A stretch of 64,000 nucleotides of DNA from an uncultured Myxococcales bacterium (GTDB lineage: Bacteria > Myxococcota_A > UBA9042): contig CAIYWC010000033.1 in assembly GCA_903929795.1 (NCBI GenBank), positions 12,724-76,723 of the forward strand, read 5' to 3'. The position numbers and the translations under genes were made by a program. The notes below the pieces were generated by a model, which saw only the letters and a program-made list of their open reading frames with translations, searched no databases and had not been told where the DNA came from. Below, piece after piece: positions 39,081 through 48,051 of this stretch; position 1 is the stretch's first letter; every line of letters begins with the position of its first letter.

Positions 39081-41341
39081 GCGACCTCCTGCATCGACCG
39101 CTGGAGCGCCTGGCGCAGCTGCGTGTGGCGGTGAATCGGCGCATCGTTCTGCACAGCGCGCTCAATCGCCCGCAGGGGGCCGACCAGCACGACGAACCGC
39201 CGCCCGCGGGTCAGCGCCGTGTACAGCAGGTTGCGCTGGAGCATGATGTGGTGCGATGGGTGTAGCGGCAAAATAACCGCTGGATATTCACTGCCTTGCG
39301 ACTTGTGCACGGTCACAGCGTAAGCAAGCTGCAGGTTGTCCAGCGCGCTGCCTTCCACGTCAACCAGCCGTTCGCCAAAGCGGATTTGCACCGTCGGCGC
39401 CAGCGGCAGCCCCGGCTGGCGATTGTCCGCCCGGCCCACGCCGCGGCCGACAACCACGCCGATGTCGCCGTTGAACACCTCGAGATCATAATCGTTCTTC
39501 AGTTGCTGGACCTTGTCGCCCACCCGCAGCCCGTTGCCCAACTGCTCGCCGTGTGGGTTCAGCGCCTCGCGAAGCGCCTCGTTCAGCGCGTGCGTGCCCA
39601 GCGGCCCGCGGTGCACCGGCGCCAGCACCTGAATGTCGCGAATTGGCTCGAAACCTCTTTGCGGCAAGCGATGTTGCACGATCTCCAAGACGCCCGCCAG
39701 GATGTCCTCGGGCTGCTCGCGCGGCACCAGGAAGAAGTCGCCGTCGGCATTGCGCGGCGAGGACTGCGGCATCAGCCCGTCGCGCACGCGCTGCGCGTTC
39801 AGGGCGATCTGCGAGCCCTCGCCCTGCCGGTAGATGCGGTCCAGCGCCACCACCGGCATGCACTGCGACTGGATCAGGTCGTCCAGCACCGCGCCCGGAC
39901 CCACGGATGGCAGTTGATCGGCGTCGCCGACCAGCAGCACGCGGGCACCCAGCGGTGTCGCGTCAAAAAGCGCTGCCGCCAAGCTGACTTCCATCATCGA
40001 GACCTCGTCGACGATGATCAGATCGGCGTCCAGCGGCACGTCCGCATTGCGCAAAAAACGCCCGGTCCGCGGCTCGAATTCCAGCAGCCGGTGCAGCGTC
40101 TTCGCTTCCGCGCCCGTCGCCTCGGCCAGCCGCCGCGCCGCACGCCCGGTCGGTGCCGCCAGGGCCAGCCGCGGCTTGTCGCGCGCCATCGCGGCCAGCA
40201 CGCCCCGGATGATGGTCGTCTTGCCTGTTCCGGGCCCGCCGGTCACCACAAGCACGCCGGTCTGCAGCGTCCGCGTCACGGCCTCGCGCTGGCTGCCTTC
40301 CAGTGCAAAGCCCAGGGCGACCTCCGCGTCGGCCAGTCGCGCAGAAATATCCAGCAATTCCAATGATTTCTCGTGCAGCAGTGCTGCCAGTCGCTGGGCG
40401 AGCCGCTGCTCGGCGTGGGCGAGTTCCGCCAGGCACAGCGCGCCATCCGAGCGCACAAGCGCGCCCTGCGCCATCAGGAGGTCCACGGCCTCGGCCAGCG
40501 CGTCCGGTTCCACTTCCAGCACGCCCGCGGCCGCCGCCAGCACGGTCGGCTCCGGCGGCGCCGTGTGCCCCTGCTGCGCGAGTTCCTGCAGCGCGTGCAC
40601 CAGCCCCGCGCGCATGCGATCAGGCGAGGTCGCAGGCACGCCCAGCTCGCGCGCCAGCCGATCCGCCGTCTTGAAGCCGATGCCCGGCACGTCCTCGGCC
40701 AGCCGGTACGGCCGCTCGCGCACCTGCCGCACGGTGTCGTTGCCATAGCGCTGCGCGATCCGCGCCGTCAGCAGCGGTCCCAAGCCCAGGCCAAACAGGA
40801 ACACCGCGTTCGCCGCCGCCTCCGCGTTCACCTGGACCTGATCCACCAGCGCCGCGCGCGCCTTGCGGTTCAGGCCCTTCACGCCTTTGAGCACGTCCGG
40901 ATTCTGGCGAATCTGCTCCAGCGCGTCCGCGCCCAAATGGTCCAACAAACGCTGCGCAATGGTCGGACCAATGCCGGCAATCTTGCCAGACCGCAGGTAG
41001 CGCGCCACGCCTTCGCGGGTGTCGGGCAGGATCGGTCGCGCCGAGAGCACCTTGATCTGGCGGCCATGGCGCGGATCGTCCTCCGCGACGCCCTCGATCG
41101 CCACGGAATCGCCGACGTTCAGGCCCCACAGCGAACCCTTGATGGTCGCGCCGATCCCGTCGTCGCGGCGCAAAAGCGCGATGCCAAAGCCTTTTTCCGG
41201 ATTGCGAAAGACAAAGCGCTCGATCAGCCCGGTCCACGCGACGTGGTCACCCGGGCTGACGGCCGCAGGCGCAAATCGGGCCGGCGCGGCGCTGTCGAAG
41301 GCAAAAATGGCGCCCTGGCGTGGGCCAGCCGGGGCGCTCAT
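39077..41341 (-). CDS. recD2: RecD2 / SF1B ATP-dependent DNA helicase
   Basis: GIGPTIA HhH, PYRLAEDVPGIGFKTAD, TGGPGTGKTT, VDEVSM, GDADQLPSVGPG, AYAVTVHKSQGSEY. Confidence 0.96.
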   Translation of the reverse strand: MSAPAGPRQGAIFAFDSAAPARFAPAAVSPGDHVAWTGLIERFVFRNPEKGFGIALLRRDDGIGATIKGSLWGLNVGDSVAIEGVAEDDPRHGRQIKVLSARPILPDTREGVARYLRSGKIAGIGPTIAQRLLDHLGADALEQIRQNPDVLKGVKGLNRKARAALVDQVQVNAEAAANAVFLFGLGLGPLLTARIAQRYGNDTVRQVRERPYRLAEDVPGIGFKTADRLARELGVPATSPDRMRAGLVHALQELAQQGHTAPPEPTVLAAAAGVLEVEPDALAEAVDLLMAQGALVRSDGALCLAELAHAEQRLAQRLAALLHEKSLELLDISARLADAEVALGFALEGSQREAVTRTLQTGVLVVTGGPGTGKTTIIRGVLAAMARDKPRLALAAPTGRAARRLAEATGAEAKTLHRLLEFEPRTGRFLRNADVPLDADLIIVDEVSMMEVSLAAALFDATPLGARVLLVGDADQLPSVGPGAVLDDLIQSQCMPVVALDRIYRQGEGSQIALNAQRVRDGLMPQSSPRNADGDFFLVPREQPEDILAGVLEIVQHRLPQRGFEPIRDIQVLAPVHRGPLGTHALNEALREALNPHGEQLGNGLRVGDKVQQLKNDYDLEVFNGDIGVVVGRGVGRADNRQPGLPLAPTVQIRFGERLVDVEGSALDNLQLAYAVTVHKSQGSEYPAVILPLHPSHHIMLQRNLLYTALTRGRRFVVLVGPLRAIERAVQNDAPIHRHTQLRQALQRSMQEVA

Positions 41342-42396
41342 GGCGCAGCGGCGGGCACCAGCGGTCCGTGCAGCGCGACGTCAACCACCGCGCCACTGCG
41401 CAAGACCTGAGCGTGCGCGCCCGTCTGGCCGGCAACCTGCAGCGCACGGTCGATCTGGTACGCGGTCGCGATCGGCTGGCCATCCAGGCTCGTCACGAAA
41501 TCACCGCTCTGCAGGCCACCTTGGGCCTTGCGCACAAGCACGCCGCGGTTGCGTGACGCCACAAACAGCTCCTTTCCCGTCAGGTTCGGCGCCACGCGAT
41601 CCCACAGCGCCAGGGTCGCCGCCTCGCGCACCAGCTCATCTTTCGCCTTGTTCGACTCGTTCCAGCTCGGCTTGCCCGGCGCCGCCCATGCCAGCGTCGT
41701 CGGCAAGCTGTCCACCAGGCCATCGCCCTTGGTCTGGCGCACGCCGGTCTCCGCCAGCAGCGGCCCGGCGATCTCCAGCAGCTTGTTCAGCGCCAGCTGG
41801 ATCGCCTGGGTCAAGCCCGGTCGCGGATCGCCGCCCGGCATCACGTTGGTCGGGTCGTCGGTCAGCTCCACCACCAGCCCCGCCAGCCGCCGTCCGCGCA
41901 GCGCGTCCGACAGCCACGCCTCCACGCGCAGGTGCGCGTCGAGTCCGTGCTGGCGAAACGTCGGCTGCTTTTTGGGATCCGCGCTCCGGATATCTTGGAT
42001 ATCACGCACATTTGTCGCTCGCTGTTCCGTCACAAGGATGTGCAGCGCCACGGCCTCGCGCACCGGCAGCCCCAGCGCCACGGCGTGGCTCATCAGGTCG
42101 GTGTCCGCGGAGACGACACCGATTTCATCCACCGGGTGCAGGATTGCAAAATCCGCTGGCCCGACAAGCGGTTGCGGTGTCTTCGCCAGCAGCCAGCGCG
42201 CCACTTCGTCCGTCCGCATCGCGATATCCAGCGAGGTTGCGTCCTGCATCGCGAGCGCGACCGGCAGCACGATCAGCGCCTTGGCGTGCGCGCTGGCATC
42301 CGGCGCCTGAACCTCGCTGATCTGCGGTCCGCTCGCGCCGCACGCGGTCAGCGCCAGCAAACTCGCCCGTGTCAGCCACTGAAACGCCTTTTCCAC
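41338..42396 (-). CDS. Lipoprotein with C-terminal PDZ-like domain
   Basis: GTG 42396 with GAGG RBS; RASLLALTA-C lipobox; GLQSGDFVTSLDGQPI. The ORF-track extension to 44844 is antisense to mutS. Confidence 0.75.
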   Translation of the reverse strand: MEKAFQWLTRASLLALTACGASGPQISEVQAPDASAHAKALIVLPVALAMQDATSLDIAMRTDEVARWLLAKTPQPLVGPADFAILHPVDEIGVVSADTDLMSHAVALGLPVREAVALHILVTEQRATNVRDIQDIRSADPKKQPTFRQHGLDAHLRVEAWLSDALRGRRLAGLVVELTDDPTNVMPGGDPRPGLTQAIQLALNKLLEIAGPLLAETGVRQTKGDGLVDSLPTTLAWAAPGKPSWNESNKAKDELVREAATLALWDRVAPNLTGKELFVASRNRGVLVRKAQGGLQSGDFVTSLDGQPIATAYQIDRALQVAGQTGAHAQVLRSGAVVDVALHGPLVPAAAP

Positions 42397-42498
42397 GCGT
42401 GCCTCCGCCCTTCTGCGCACCGAGGATCGCACGTCTCGCGGCGGATGGGCAAGTCCGCGTTGACGCCGCGCGTCTGCATCGCGCATCCTCCCGCGGCC

Positions 42499-45189
42499 AT
42501 GACTGACGCTTCCGGCCTGCACAACGCGCATCCCAACTGGCTCACGACGCCGGACGTGGATGTCGCCGCGCTGACGCCGGTGATGCGCCAGGTTGTCGAC
42601 GCCAAGCGACAGCACCCGGACGCGCTGATCCTGTTTCGTCTCGGGGACTTCTACGAGCTGTTCTTCGAGGACGCGCTGGAAGGCTCGCGGCTGCTGGATC
42701 TCGCGCTGACGTCGCGCAACAAGAACGACCCGCGGCCGATCCCGATGTGCGGTTTTCCACACCACGCGATGGCGCAGCACGTGCAGCGCGTGCTGGAGGC
42801 GGGGCGGCGCTGCGCGGTGGTGGAGCAGCTGGAAGACGCGGCGACGGCCAAGGGGCTGGTGGCGCGCGGCGTGACGCACGTGGTGACGCCGGGCGTCGTG
42901 CTGGAGCCCGAAGCGCTGGATCCGCGGGCGGATCACCGCGTGGCGGCGCTGTGGCCGGGCAAGCAGGGCGGTCTGGGCGTGGCCGTGGCGGACGTGACAA
43001 CCGGCGTGCTGCAGGTCGGCGAGGTGCTGCATCCGACCGCGCTGGGCGTGCTGCTGGTGCGGCTGGAGCCGCGTGAACTGGTCCTGCCGGCGGCGGGCGA
43101 GCCTTGGCTGGACGCGCTGTCGAGCGCGCGCGAGCTGCCCAAGACGATCCGCGAGTTTCACGGCAATGACGCACCCACGCTGGCGCAGGCGGCGGAGTAT
43201 GCCCTGCGCCGGTACCTGGACGAGGTACGACCGGGCGCGGGCAAGCTGCTCCAGCCGCCACAACCGCTGGAAACAACGCCGCATTTGCTGCTGAATCGCG
43301 AGACGGTGCTGCATCTGGAGTTGCTGGCCACGGTCCGGCAGGGGCGCCGGCAGGGCGCGCTGCTGCACGCGGTGGATCGGACGCTGACGTCGGCCGGCGC
43401 GCGGCTGCTGCGGGGTTTGCTGCTGGCGCCGCTGGGCGATCGGCGTGCGCTGGAGCTGCGGCACGGCGCGGTGGAGGCGCTGCTGCAGGACCGGCCGACG
43501 CGCGAGTCGATCCGCAGCGTGCTGAAATACCAAGGCGATCTGGCGCGGCTGACGACGCGCGCCGCGGCAGGGCTGGCGACGCCGCGGGAGGTGACGGTGC
43601 TGCGCGAGACACTGCGCGGGCTGCCGGAACTGCAGCAGCTGCTGGCACGCGCGGGCCAGAGCTTGGCGCTGGCGGGCGTGCTCGCGGACACCGAAGGCGC
43701 CGAGACGCTGACGGCGCATCTGGACGACGCCCTGGCGGAGAGTCCGCGCGCCGTGCTGGCCGATGGCGGCGTGATCCGCGCGGGCTTTGACCCGCAGCTG
43801 GACAGCCTGCGCGAGCTGAGCGAGGACGCCCACGCGTGGCTGGACCGGTTTGAGACGCAGGAGCGCCTGGCGTCGGGGATTGCGACGCTGAAGGTGACGT
43901 ACAACCGCGTGAGCGGCTATGGCATTGAAATTACACGGAGTCGGGCCGAGCAGGTGCCGGATCGCTACCACCGCAAGCAGACGCTCAAGAACGCCGAGCG
44001 GTACACGACGCCGGAGCTGGTGGAATTTGAGCGGCGGATCCTGACCGCGGACAGCGATCGGCTGGCGCGCGAGAGCGAGCTGTTCCGGCAGCTGATGGCG
44101 CACGTCGGCGTGCACGTGGCGCTGTTGCGGCGCATTGCCGCGGCGCTGGCGGAGCTGGACGTGCACGCGGGCTTTGCCGAGCTGGCGGCGCAGTGGCGGC
44201 ACGTGCGGCCGACGCTGGTGGACGAGCCGATCGTGCGGCTGACCGGCTGCCGGCATCCGGTGATTGAACAGACGCTGGCGCCGGGCGCGTTTGTGCCCAA
44301 CGACGTGTGGCTGGCTGGCGGGCTGGTCGAGGCGCAATCTCCGGACGCCGCGCAGGTGCTGCTGATCACCGGGCCGAACATGGCCGGCAAGTCGACGCTG
44401 ATGCGCCAGGTCGCGTTGACGGTGATTTTGAGCCAGGCGGGCGGTTTTGTGCCGGCGGACGCGGCGGAGCTGGGCGTGCTGGACGCGGTGCACACGCGCA
44501 TCGGCGCATCGGACGATATCAGCCAGGGCGCGTCGACATTCATGGTGGAAATGCGGGAAACGGCGACGATTTTGGCGCAGTCGACGGCGCGATCGCTTGT
44601 GCTGCTGGATGAGATTGGCCGCGGGACGTCGACCTGGGACGGGCTGGCGATCGCCTGGGCCGTGGTGGAGGCGCTGCACGACCGCACCAAAAGCCTGTGC
44701 CTTTTTGCCACGCACTACCATGAATTGACGTCGCTTTCCGAGACGCTGCCGCGGCTGCGCAACGCCCATGTGGCCGTACGCGAATGGGCGGGCGACATCG
44801 TGTTTCTGCACCGGCTGCAGACCGGGCCGACGAACCGGTCTCACGGTATCGCGGTCGCGCGGCTGGCGGGTCTGCCGGCGGACGTGGTCGAGCGATCGCG
44901 GGGTCTGCTGGCTGAACTGGAGCGCGGCGCAGCGGGGCAGGCGACTGGTCCGTTGGCGCGCGCGCGGCGCAAGCAGTTGGAATTATTTGAGCTGGTTGCG
45001 GTGCCGTCGATCGCGACCGGGCCGTTGGCGGAGCCACTGCCGGATGAAGTGACGGCGCTGCTGCAGGCGCTGACCAGCCTGGAGCCGGACGACCTGACGC
45101 CGCGGCAGGCGCTGGCCTGGCTGGACGAGTGGCGCGCGCGCTTGGCTGCGCTGCCCGCGGGCGTGCGCGACCGGCTACTCAAACGCTAA
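42499..45189 (+). CDS. mutS: DNA mismatch repair protein MutS
   Basis: TPVMRQ, FRLGDFYELFFEDA, PMCGFP, ITGPNMAGKSTLMRQ, STFMVEM, LDEIGRGTST, FATHYHEL. Confidence 0.98.
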   Translation: MTDASGLHNAHPNWLTTPDVDVAALTPVMRQVVDAKRQHPDALILFRLGDFYELFFEDALEGSRLLDLALTSRNKNDPRPIPMCGFPHHAMAQHVQRVLEAGRRCAVVEQLEDAATAKGLVARGVTHVVTPGVVLEPEALDPRADHRVAALWPGKQGGLGVAVADVTTGVLQVGEVLHPTALGVLLVRLEPRELVLPAAGEPWLDALSSARELPKTIREFHGNDAPTLAQAAEYALRRYLDEVRPGAGKLLQPPQPLETTPHLLLNRETVLHLELLATVRQGRRQGALLHAVDRTLTSAGARLLRGLLLAPLGDRRALELRHGAVEALLQDRPTRESIRSVLKYQGDLARLTTRAAAGLATPREVTVLRETLRGLPELQQLLARAGQSLALAGVLADTEGAETLTAHLDDALAESPRAVLADGGVIRAGFDPQLDSLRELSEDAHAWLDRFETQERLASGIATLKVTYNRVSGYGIEITRSRAEQVPDRYHRKQTLKNAERYTTPELVEFERRILTADSDRLARESELFRQLMAHVGVHVALLRRIAAALAELDVHAGFAELAAQWRHVRPTLVDEPIVRLTGCRHPVIEQTLAPGAFVPNDVWLAGGLVEAQSPDAAQVLLITGPNMAGKSTLMRQVALTVILSQAGGFVPADAAELGVLDAVHTRIGASDDISQGASTFMVEMRETATILAQSTARSLVLLDEIGRGTSTWDGLAIAWAVVEALHDRTKSLCLFATHYHELTSLSETLPRLRNAHVAVREWAGDIVFLHRLQTGPTNRSHGIAVARLAGLPADVVERSRGLLAELERGAAGQATGPLARARRKQLELFELVAVPSIATGPLAEPLPDEVTALLQALTSLEPDDLTPRQALAWLDEWRARLAALPAGVRDRLLKR

Positions 45190-45198
45190 ATTTCTGAA

Positions 45199-47205
45199 TT
45201 AATACAAGAATTCGAGGTAGTGCATCGACGGCACGCCGACGGTCCGCGAGAAGTGGAACGTGCCTCCCGAGATGTCCAGCAAGCCCTGTTCGGGGAATTC
45301 GAACTTGCAGGTCACCGGGCTGCCGACCTGCGACGGGTCCGGCTTGCACCACGTGTCGTCCGTGCCGTCCATGTAGGCCCAGCGGTAGCCAACCGTCTTG
45401 GTGTCGACCGGCAAGCCTTTGATTTCCAAGCGCAAATTGTGATACAGGATGCCGAGGCCCGAGACCGGATCGTCCGGGCTGACGTCCAGATCGACGATGA
45501 ACACGTGCATGCGGTGCTGGCGGCCGGCGTCGACGGCTGGATAGCTGGAAGTCGTTGGATCATCGATGCAATTCTTGATGTTGCCCAGCGCGTCCTTGCA
45601 CGTCTCGCGCGTCGCCATCAGCAGGATGCCCGAGTCGCGGCGCGAGTCCGGCGTGCCGTTCAGGCCAAAAGCATCAGGGCCTTCCAGCACGCTGACCTGC
45701 TGCGCGCCGGCCATGAAGCCGTCGTTGAACCAGAACTGGTACCACGCCGCCGGCTTGAGCAGCGTATTCGCGATGCCCGCATCGCCAAACCACATGAAAT
45801 CAGAGTCATGCGTCGTCGCCAGCGCCTCGGTTTTGGTCACGGTGTCCAACCGCTGGCTGGGAAAGCGCGGCGCGGAGCCGAGCGTCGCGTGCGACACAAG
45901 ACCCTGCCACAGGATCTTCGCGCCGGCGTAAGAAGCGCCAAGAAACGCGGACTTGCGTGCCGGATCGCTCTCGATCGACTTCGGCAGCTGGCAGTTCAGC
46001 CGCAGGTCGGTCACCCAGATCGGAATCGGCTCGCTGCCGTCGGAGCGGTGGCCGATGACCTGACCCGCGGCGTCCAACACCGGAATCTTGCCGCCCTCAA
46101 ATGAGAAATCCTTCTCGTAGTGCAGGCCCTTCTTGGCGGCATAATCGGCGACCGACTGGACGATGGAACGCGCCTGCAGCGGTGTGCAAGTCTCGATTTC
46201 GATGGACAAATCCGTCAGCGGCACTTTGTTCGTCACCACGAAATCGATGAAGTCGTAGATCGGCGAGCGCACTGTGCCCGCTGCCGGTTCAGCCGTCAGG
46301 TTTGTCGGATCGGAATTCATGACGACCGACGGCGCGACGAGGCGCACATCATTGCCCGGCAACGGGAATTCACCGGCTGCGGCAGCCGAGCCGCGCAGTT
46401 CGATCGCAAACTGCAGGTACGCGGCGAGCCACGCCGCCTTGTCCGCCGGCGTGTTCTTGTAGCCGCCCGCGCCAAACGGGTCGCGGCCGAATTCCACGTT
46501 GAAGATCGAGGGAAAGCAGGACCACGGCAGCGCGCCGGTGCCCTGGCACGCGGCGGTTTGGGCGCCAGCGGCGGGCTGCTCGCGGTCGTAGTGCTTCATG
46601 ATCTTGCGGACAATTTTCGCCCACTTGGCGGGATCGGCGATCGGCCGGCCGGTTTGCTGTCCGTTCGCGTAGGTGCACGTGCTGCCTTCGGCGAGGTCAA
46701 AAGCCGCGGTCCACAGCGGCGTGCCGTTGGCATCACGCACGGATTTTAGAACAGTTTCAAAGGCTTTGAGGTTGTAGTTGTTGATGTCGTCCGTGCTGCC
46801 GGTTGCGCCGCCGTTCCACATGCCCTGCATCGAGTACGCGCAGCCGTAGCCGTTGGGGATGCGCATGTTCACAGCGCTCAACTTACTGAAATTCGTCACG
46901 AAATCCGCGGCGTAGTCCTCGATGAAGACTGGCGTGGGCCCACCGTTGACACCTGTCATGCCGGTGCCGGTCAGGCCGCCGGCGGGCACAGCTTCGTCGG
47001 GGCAGGCGACCGGGCCATCGATGCCCTTGGCGGCCAAATAGCACGCCGAGTTGTCGATCATCACCGAACGATTGCGCATCGCGTTGGCGCCTTCAGGCAG
47101 GATCACCGACGGATCGGATGAGCAAGCCGGCGTCACAAACGCGACAGCGGCCGCCCATGCGACAGCCGAACGCAGGACAGGGGACAGGACGAGCATGGCG
47201 CGCAT
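45199..47205 (-). CDS. Large lipoprotein with degenerate GH39/clan GH-A-like TIM barrel
   Basis: AVAFVTPA-C lipobox. The blocks DPAKWAKIVRKIMKHY, NVEFGRDP, YLQFAIELR, VRLVAPS, FIDFVVTNKVPLTDLS and PIWVTD follow GH39 order. The CDS is well supported; the fold call is inference. Confidence 0.6.
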   Translation of the reverse strand: MRAMLVLSPVLRSAVAWAAAVAFVTPACSSDPSVILPEGANAMRNRSVMIDNSACYLAAKGIDGPVACPDEAVPAGGLTGTGMTGVNGGPTPVFIEDYAADFVTNFSKLSAVNMRIPNGYGCAYSMQGMWNGGATGSTDDINNYNLKAFETVLKSVRDANGTPLWTAAFDLAEGSTCTYANGQQTGRPIADPAKWAKIVRKIMKHYDREQPAAGAQTAACQGTGALPWSCFPSIFNVEFGRDPFGAGGYKNTPADKAAWLAAYLQFAIELRGSAAAAGEFPLPGNDVRLVAPSVVMNSDPTNLTAEPAAGTVRSPIYDFIDFVVTNKVPLTDLSIEIETCTPLQARSIVQSVADYAAKKGLHYEKDFSFEGGKIPVLDAAGQVIGHRSDGSEPIPIWVTDLRLNCQLPKSIESDPARKSAFLGASYAGAKILWQGLVSHATLGSAPRFPSQRLDTVTKTEALATTHDSDFMWFGDAGIANTLLKPAAWYQFWFNDGFMAGAQQVSVLEGPDAFGLNGTPDSRRDSGILLMATRETCKDALGNIKNCIDDPTTSSYPAVDAGRQHRMHVFIVDLDVSPDDPVSGLGILYHNLRLEIKGLPVDTKTVGYRWAYMDGTDDTWCKPDPSQVGSPVTCKFEFPEQGLLDISGGTFHFSRTVGVPSMHYLEFLY

Positions 47206-47257
47206 AGAAAGCCTCCAGTCTAACCGGCCGCCAGTATCCCGGAGGCACGGGACTCGG

Positions 47258-47944
47258 TCAAGCAAGTGAGCCGTCGGCCGGGGAATTGACCGCCGCCCAC
47301 GTCGCCGTCGCCCGCAAGCCGTGCGGCGCATCGGCGTGCAGCGTCAGGGTTCCGCCCCGCGCCGCCAGGATCGCCGCCGCGACGGGCAGGCCCAACCCAA
47401 GGTGCAGGCCACCGGCCCGCGTCCCGTGCCCGTGCGCGACCGCGCGCAGATCCGCGCACCCGGGCCCGTTGTCCGAAATTTCCAGCGTCGTCGTCGCCAC
47501 CAGCGTCACCGTGACCGTCGCGTCGGCCGGCGCCGCATCCAGGGCGTTGGTCACCAGCGCCGCCACGACCGGCCGCAGCGCCGGCTCGGCCGCCATCAGC
47601 GGCACCACACCGGGCTGCCACAGCAGCGCCACGCCCGCGACGCGCGCCCGCACATCCAGCTGCTGCTGCACGTCCTGCCAGCGCTGCGGCGCGCTTTCGG
47701 GCAACGGCACGCCGGTCGTCATCCGCCGCAAATCCTGAAACGGCTTGAGCAGTTGGCCGCGCGTCGCCTGCAGCCGCTCCGCCAGATCCGCATCGTCGAT
47801 GTCGCCAGACAGCAGCTCCAGCTCGCCCATCGCGGCGACCAGGCTGTTGGACAAGTCGTGCTTCAGCTTGTGGAGCGCGCGCGCAATGACCTCCAGCTGC
47901 GCGGGCTCCAGCGGCGTCACCGTGATGCCAAGGGAGTCCGCCAT
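47258..47944 (-). CDS. Minimal sensor-less histidine kinase (HisKA + HATPase_c)
   Basis: H-box LKHDLSNSL, N-box LVTNALDA, G1 ISDNGPG, G2 LGLGLPV; no TM or sensor domain. Confidence 0.82.
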   Translation of the reverse strand: MADSLGITVTPLEPAQLEVIARALHKLKHDLSNSLVAAMGELELLSGDIDDADLAERLQATRGQLLKPFQDLRRMTTGVPLPESAPQRWQDVQQQLDVRARVAGVALLWQPGVVPLMAAEPALRPVVAALVTNALDAAPADATVTVTLVATTTLEISDNGPGCADLRAVAHGHGTRAGGLHLGLGLPVAAAILAARGGTLTLHADAPHGLRATATWAAVNSPADGSLA

Positions 47945-47955
47945 CTAGACACGCC

Positions 47956-48029
47956 GACCAAAGTTCGAGATCAAACCCATTCGATCCGCGGCGTGCCACG
48001 TCGCCACAGGTCTGACCGACGCGCTTTGG
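47956..48029 (+). repeat. Dispersed structured intergenic repeat, copy C (internally shortened)
   Basis: GACCAAAGTTCGAGATCAAACCCATTCGATCCGCGGCGTGCC is 36/42 identical to 55065-55106, followed by ACAGGTCTGACCG...CTTTGG. Confidence 0.85.
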
Positions 48030-48051
48030 AATGCGAACAAGGTTGGCCTGA

